The translations under genes were made by a program, and so were the position numbers. 64,000 bases of DNA from NCBI GenBank assembly GCA_963664225.1, contig OY760937.1, forward strand, positions 5,696,001-5,760,000. Reading direction: 5' to 3'. Positions 59,898 to 64,000 of this stretch are shown in pieces. Origin of the DNA: Verrucomicrobiia bacterium. Its GTDB lineage: Bacteria > Verrucomicrobiota > Verrucomicrobiia > Limisphaerales > UBA1319. Within the stretch, counting starts at the first letter, position 1. Every line of letters begins with the position of its first letter. Below the pieces are notes generated by a model that was given only the letters and a program-made list of their open reading frames with translations, was not told the DNA's origin and made no database searches.

Positions 59898-60278
59898 ATG
59901 AAAGAAAATGGAAGATCGCCAGAGGCGGCTGAAGTGGTGGAAAAAGACCTCAAGAAAATTGGTGAACCTGTGGAAGAAATCGAAAAACTAGAAGAAGAGG
60001 TCGATCTTGAATCGTACGCCAAGGCTGGGAAACAGCCACCGAGGGCAAAGCGGTATCGCATCCGTGTGGATGACCGCTACTTTGTGGTACACCAGGCGTG
60101 CATGAAAGGCATTGAAATCTTGGTTCTGGCAGGAAAAACGCCACCAGAGAGCTTCATTTTAACCCAAAAGTCCAAAGGTGGTGCTTTGCACACGATTGAA
60201 CTGGGCGATATCGTCGACTTCACCAAATCCGGGATTGAACGTTTCAATACACTGCCCCGCCAGGTCCAAGAGGGTTAA
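59898..60278 (+). CDS. Ubiquitin-like (multiubiquitin-domain type) protein ending in Gly
   Basis: YRIRVDD...GIEILVLAGK...IVDF...GIERF beta-grasp pattern, C-terminus QEG, and an acidic helical N-terminus. Confidence 0.8.
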   Translation: MKENGRSPEAAEVVEKDLKKIGEPVEEIEKLEEEVDLESYAKAGKQPPRAKRYRIRVDDRYFVVHQACMKGIEILVLAGKTPPESFILTQKSKGGALHTIELGDIVDFTKSGIERFNTLPRQVQEG

Positions 60279-60281
60279 TCT

Positions 60282-60671
60282 ATGCGCCGCGAATTTACTC
60301 TGCCGGAGGACGACGTTGAGCACCTAGATACGCTTGGCGTGAATTGGGAGACGCTCCGTGATCCCAGCGGGCAATGGCTTCTGCTCCATGGGTTTGCGTT
60401 TCCATCGGGCTACAATCACCCGAATGGGTCCGTTGCCATACAGATCCCGGGAAACTATCCGGTTTCTCCGCTGGACATGGCATATTTCTTTCCTCACCTT
60501 CAGCGTCTGGATGGGCAACCGCTCCGGCAGACAGAATGCATGATGCAGGTGGATGGCAAATCTTGGCAGCGATGGTCCCGACATTACACTTGGGTGCCTG
60601 GGCAGCACAACCTCGGCACTCACATCGTTCTAACGCGCCATTGGCTGGAGCAGGGCGTGGGGAGAGGATGA
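60282..60671 (+). CDS. Prokaryotic E2/UBC-fold protein (E2 family E type)
   Basis: LPEDD..L...WE, FPSGYN, IPGNYP..PLDMAYF.P and WQRWSRH..W.PG. Confidence 0.78.
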   Translation: MRREFTLPEDDVEHLDTLGVNWETLRDPSGQWLLLHGFAFPSGYNHPNGSVAIQIPGNYPVSPLDMAYFFPHLQRLDGQPLRQTECMMQVDGKSWQRWSRHYTWVPGQHNLGTHIVLTRHWLEQGVGRG

Positions 60672-62053
60672 AAACTCCCATGATGACTACCTTAAGAATG
60701 ACGGAGGAACAACGGTGTCAACTCCAGCGGCACCTTTTTCCCGGCGACGGTCAGGAAATGGTAGCACTCGCCCTGTGCGGTTCCAGTCTCGCGACTGACC
60801 GACAAGCGTACTGCGTCCATGAAATTATCGAAATTCCGAGGGATGCCTGCACTTTACGGACTGCCGTAACTGTTCAGTGGGATGTGCATGTCTTAATTCC
60901 GGTGCTGGAAAAGGCCCTGAAGCGGGGGTTGTGGGTGCTGAAAATTCATTCCCACCCGGGAAATTACGAGCGATTTTCTCCACAAGACGACCAAACGGAT
61001 ACAGATCTGGCGAAGGGAATCGGGTCTATTTTGGATCGTGAATCCTGCCTTATCAGCGCGTTTATGATGCCGGCAGGCAAGATTTATGGCCGCATAGTCA
61101 ACACAACTGCGGGCTTCACCGCAATTGATCAAATAATGGTGGTGGGTGACACGGTGTCTTTCATGCACGTGAATTTGCTTAATTTGGGGAATGACAAGGA
61201 TCTGCGCACCAGGCAGGCGTTCGGCGATGGAACAACCAATCTGCTGCGGTCGCTTTCGGTAGGCGTGGTTGGGTGTTCAGGGACGGGAAGCTGGGTCGTC
61301 GAACTTCTAGGAAGGTTGGGCGTTGGTCGGCTTATATTAGTGGATCCGGATACAATTGAGAAAAAGAACCTCAACCGGATTGTAAATTCGACCGCAAAAG
61401 ACCTCGATCGGCCCAAAGTGCACGTTTTGGCCGATTCAGTTCGGGCAGTGGGATTTGGAACCATCGTCGAAACTCACGCTAAAGAAATAGCTTGCGCCGG
61501 GGTCGTTAAGGCTCTGGCTTCTTGCGATTTCCTTTTTGGGTGCATGGATTCAGCTGATGGCCGGGAAACCTTAAACCGCATTGCGACCTATTACTTGCTC
61601 CCTTATGTGGATATTGGTGTGCGTTTGGATGCGGATGGACATGGCGGCGTTGAGCAAATATGCTGTGCCCTTCACTATCTTCTCCCAGGCGGCTCGAGTT
61701 TGTTATCTCGTGGTGTGATCACAGCGAAACAGGTTGAGGCGCAGTCGTTACAGCGCACCAACCCGGAACAATATGACTCCCGGCATAACGAGGGATACGT
61801 AAAAGGTGTGGCGGTGGACCGTCCAGCAGTAGTCAGTATCAATGGGTTTATCGCAACCCACGCTGTCAACGAGATGTTAGCGCGCCTGCACCCCTTCCGG
61901 CGGGATTCCAACGAGGAATTTCGTTATCAACTGTTCTCGCTCTGTGATGGCGCCTGGCTACGGCAGTCAGACGGTCCGCCCTGCCAATTTCTGTCCCGCT
62001 ATGTTGGACGTGGCGATGCTCAACCGCTGCTTGGAAATCCCGCATTATCATGA
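60668..62053 (+). CDS. JAB/MPN peptidase - ThiF/E1 adenylyltransferase fusion
   Basis: JAB motif E...KIHSHP...FSPQDD..D. E1 motifs VGVVGCSGTGS, LVDPD...KNLNR, K and FGCMD. The ATG at 60668 overlaps the E2 stop (ATGA). Confidence 0.88.
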   Translation: MKTPMMTTLRMTEEQRCQLQRHLFPGDGQEMVALALCGSSLATDRQAYCVHEIIEIPRDACTLRTAVTVQWDVHVLIPVLEKALKRGLWVLKIHSHPGNYERFSPQDDQTDTDLAKGIGSILDRESCLISAFMMPAGKIYGRIVNTTAGFTAIDQIMVVGDTVSFMHVNLLNLGNDKDLRTRQAFGDGTTNLLRSLSVGVVGCSGTGSWVVELLGRLGVGRLILVDPDTIEKKNLNRIVNSTAKDLDRPKVHVLADSVRAVGFGTIVETHAKEIACAGVVKALASCDFLFGCMDSADGRETLNRIATYYLLPYVDIGVRLDADGHGGVEQICCALHYLLPGGSSLLSRGVITAKQVEAQSLQRTNPEQYDSRHNEGYVKGVAVDRPAVVSINGFIATHAVNEMLARLHPFRRDSNEEFRYQLFSLCDGAWLRQSDGPPCQFLSRYVGRGDAQPLLGNPALS

Positions 62054-62424
62054 AACGGACTTTCAGAGGTTGGCTTGCTGATTGGCTGCGCTCAAATCGA
62101 AATGAACCAGTGCGCTTTCGGACAGAACGAACGGATCGGATGCTGAGGTCGTTTCAGCCTAATATCATTTACCAGATTGGCGACGAAGATTGTAGTTGGG
62201 CTGCCGCCTTGCGTTGTCCCTGCGGTTGTGGAGACGTTATCCAACTGAGTCTTGTCAGGGATGCCAGCCCGTCGTGGCGAATACAGCAGCGCCGGAATGG
62301 GGAGGTAACCTTGTTGCCGTCGGTATGGAGAACCGTTGGTTGTCGAAGCCACTTTATTATTTATCGCAGTCGCGTTGTTTGGTGCTCGGATGAATCGCCC
62401 GCGATCGACCAGTGGCGGTGGTGA
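62050..62424 (+). CDS. DUF6527-like Cys/His-rich protein
   Basis: CPCGCG...L.L...W...VTLLPSVW...GCRSHFII...V.WC. ATGA overlap with the E1 gene. Confidence 0.75.
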   Translation: MKRTFRGWLADWLRSNRNEPVRFRTERTDRMLRSFQPNIIYQIGDEDCSWAAALRCPCGCGDVIQLSLVRDASPSWRIQQRRNGEVTLLPSVWRTVGCRSHFIIYRSRVVWCSDESPAIDQWRW

Positions 62425-62665
62425 GAAAAGGCCCTTAATTGACCAAATAGCCCCTTTTAAGCCTTTTCCACTATGAAAACATTTCGAGAAATTCAAATAG
62501 CCGCTAACATCGCTAATGGTGACAAGTTCGGGGTGGCCATTGAGGCGGTCTTGTCGAACGGCTGGACCCGATTCGAGCAAGCGTCCCATTGATTCGACAT
62601 GTGGCAGGTACGTTTATTTTGTCTGCGAGACGAGTGATTACCGGCCAAAGGATTTGCTGGCACTT

Positions 62666-62729
62666 GTCCCCGGAGTTAAAGAATGGCAATTAACGGTTTT
62701 TCACAAAAGCATAAGTCTCTAATTATGAA
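62666..62729. repeat. Copy 2 of the ~60-bp degenerate direct repeat
   Basis: GTCCCCGGAGTTAAAGAATGGC...ATAAGTCTCTAATTATGAA. The first 22 bp match copy 1 at 20 positions. Confidence 0.65.
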
Positions 62730-63089
62730 CGGAATACAGATGACGGAAAGGTCATCAAACGTAACTGGGCAAAATGATTGGCGGTGACGAGCGTGAACTT
62801 CCCGCCAAACATTCGTTGCAATGCAATTTCCCGCCACGTTTTCAGGTTGATTTTGCTGCATCTTGCCCCTGCAAAGAAAGCGTGGCGGTGCTTAGATTTC
62901 GAATTCAGTTGATCGCTCTTGGCCAACAGGTCGGCTTTGGCACGCGGCAGCATCGAACGTTTGTCGGCTTCATTCCGGGATTTGATCGCCCATTTCGGCA
63001 CGCCGTATTTGAGCCAGTTGTTCTTCTGAAAGGAATTCAGCATCTGAATACCCGTCGACATACACCTGAAGAGGCTCACGGAGTTCAAT

Positions 63090-63319
63090 ACCACCACCAC
63101 ATGACTCCACAGACTGAAGGTTCTGGCCATCTTATCAACGTAGGCTTCCCGCGCTATTCTCGTGGAAACCAAAAACTCAGGAACGAAGTTGCAAATCTGC
63201 CCTAACAGATTCAATTTCGAACCGGCTGGAATGCTTTTGTTTTTTTTCACCCCTGCCGTGTGGCAGGTTAACTCAGAACGTTCCAGCCTTTTTCATTTAT
63301 TCCCTATGGGATGGCTGTG
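63090..63319 (-). pseudogene. IS4-family remnant: candidate left end plus transposase N-terminus (DUF4372-like)
   Basis: LLGQICNFVPEFLV..IARE..VDKMARTFSLWSHVV, after which the resemblance ends. Candidate end CACAGCCATCCCATA at 63319-63305. Confidence 0.55.
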
Positions 63320-64000
63320 GAAGAACAATGCAAATTGCTGTCGATAGGGATAATTTGCCTGATTGATATTATCGTGGCGGAAACCTCGCGCATGTATGGC
63401 TTCATAGCGGGTTGCAATGGCATCCCGGATGATATCGTTAGGAGTTTACGAGAAGAAGATTGGAGTGATGTTAGAGTTGAAACCGGCAGAAGGCTTTTTG
63501 ACCAGGTCTCGAGAGATTGGGAGATGGAAAAACAAAGTTGAGTTATTCCAGATCACGCTCTTTTGGAATTATTTGCAAAACCTGACGATTCAAGCGACAA
63601 CATAGGAACCAACAAAATGCAAAACCTTGTTTAGCTCTGCCTGCTCAATCCTGGAGCAAACTTCGTGCAATAGATTCGTTTTTGCATTCAAGATTGAGGT
63701 TTTCATGTATTGGATTCTTTCATAGACTGGACGACGAGAACCTCGCGCAGCCAAACGGCGTCCAAAACCCTATCCCCGATTTAAAACCCCGCCACCTATT
63801 TCGTGAAGATGGCCAGTTTAGCCACAGCAATTAGCGGGTATGAAATTTCGATCTATTCAGAGCTTAACATTTCCGAATTAACTACTTGCTGACTTGCTAC
63901 TGCGGCCTTTAGCGTCAGGGCCATGATTCAATTTACCGGAAAACACGCCTTGCACCCGACTTTATTCATTGAGTGTTATGAGGCTTTGATTGATGGACAA

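Noticed and set aside
60374..60667. N-terminal extension of the JAB-E1 ORF in the ORF track
   Set aside because: It overlaps the E2-fold gene. The ATGA-coupled start at 60668 is more plausible.
59898..62424. CBASS, or a ThiS/MoaD sulfur-transfer operon
   Set aside because: No CD-NTase or effector gene, and no thiamine, molybdopterin or cysteine synthesis genes or rhodanese domain.
62723..63250. 175-aa ORF as an intact gene
   Set aside because: It looks chimeric: an IS4-like N-terminus joined to unrelated sequence, with no DDE domain.

Overview
Bacterial chromosome segment, probably from a Verrucomicrobiota (PVC superphylum) genome; this is inferred from the lamin-tail/CotH giant proteins, the HzsA-like protein and the long LepB N-terminus. 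Positions 1-49901 hold core and lineage-typical genes: partial UvrD/PcrA helicase, parC-parE divergent from smc, a DUF2961/GH172-like enzyme, tRNA-Ser(CGA), typA, a GH38-like enzyme, an SPFH-Arc-PH operon, an HzsA-like heme protein, glgB, a PfkB kinase, a NapC/NirT multiheme cytochrome, a GxGYxYP protein, gatB, three lamin-tail-domain secreted proteins (one with a CotH kinase domain), a PAS hybrid kinase, lnt, lepA and lepB. An accessory island starts directly after lepB and runs off the window. It contains a repeat array, a Mu-like transposase plus AAA ATPase plus XRE repressor with no phage structural genes, and decayed helicase, IS630 and IS4 fragments. It also holds the most interesting locus, an intact ubiquitin-like conjugation operon (Ubl, E2-fold protein, JAB-E1 fusion, DUF6527-like Cys-rich protein). 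That operon is transcribed divergently from a sigma factor, a small putative anti-sigma and an IrrE/ImmA metallopeptidase, and the whole unit is bracketed by degenerate ~60-bp direct repeats. All family calls are from motif recognition by eye; no searches were run.
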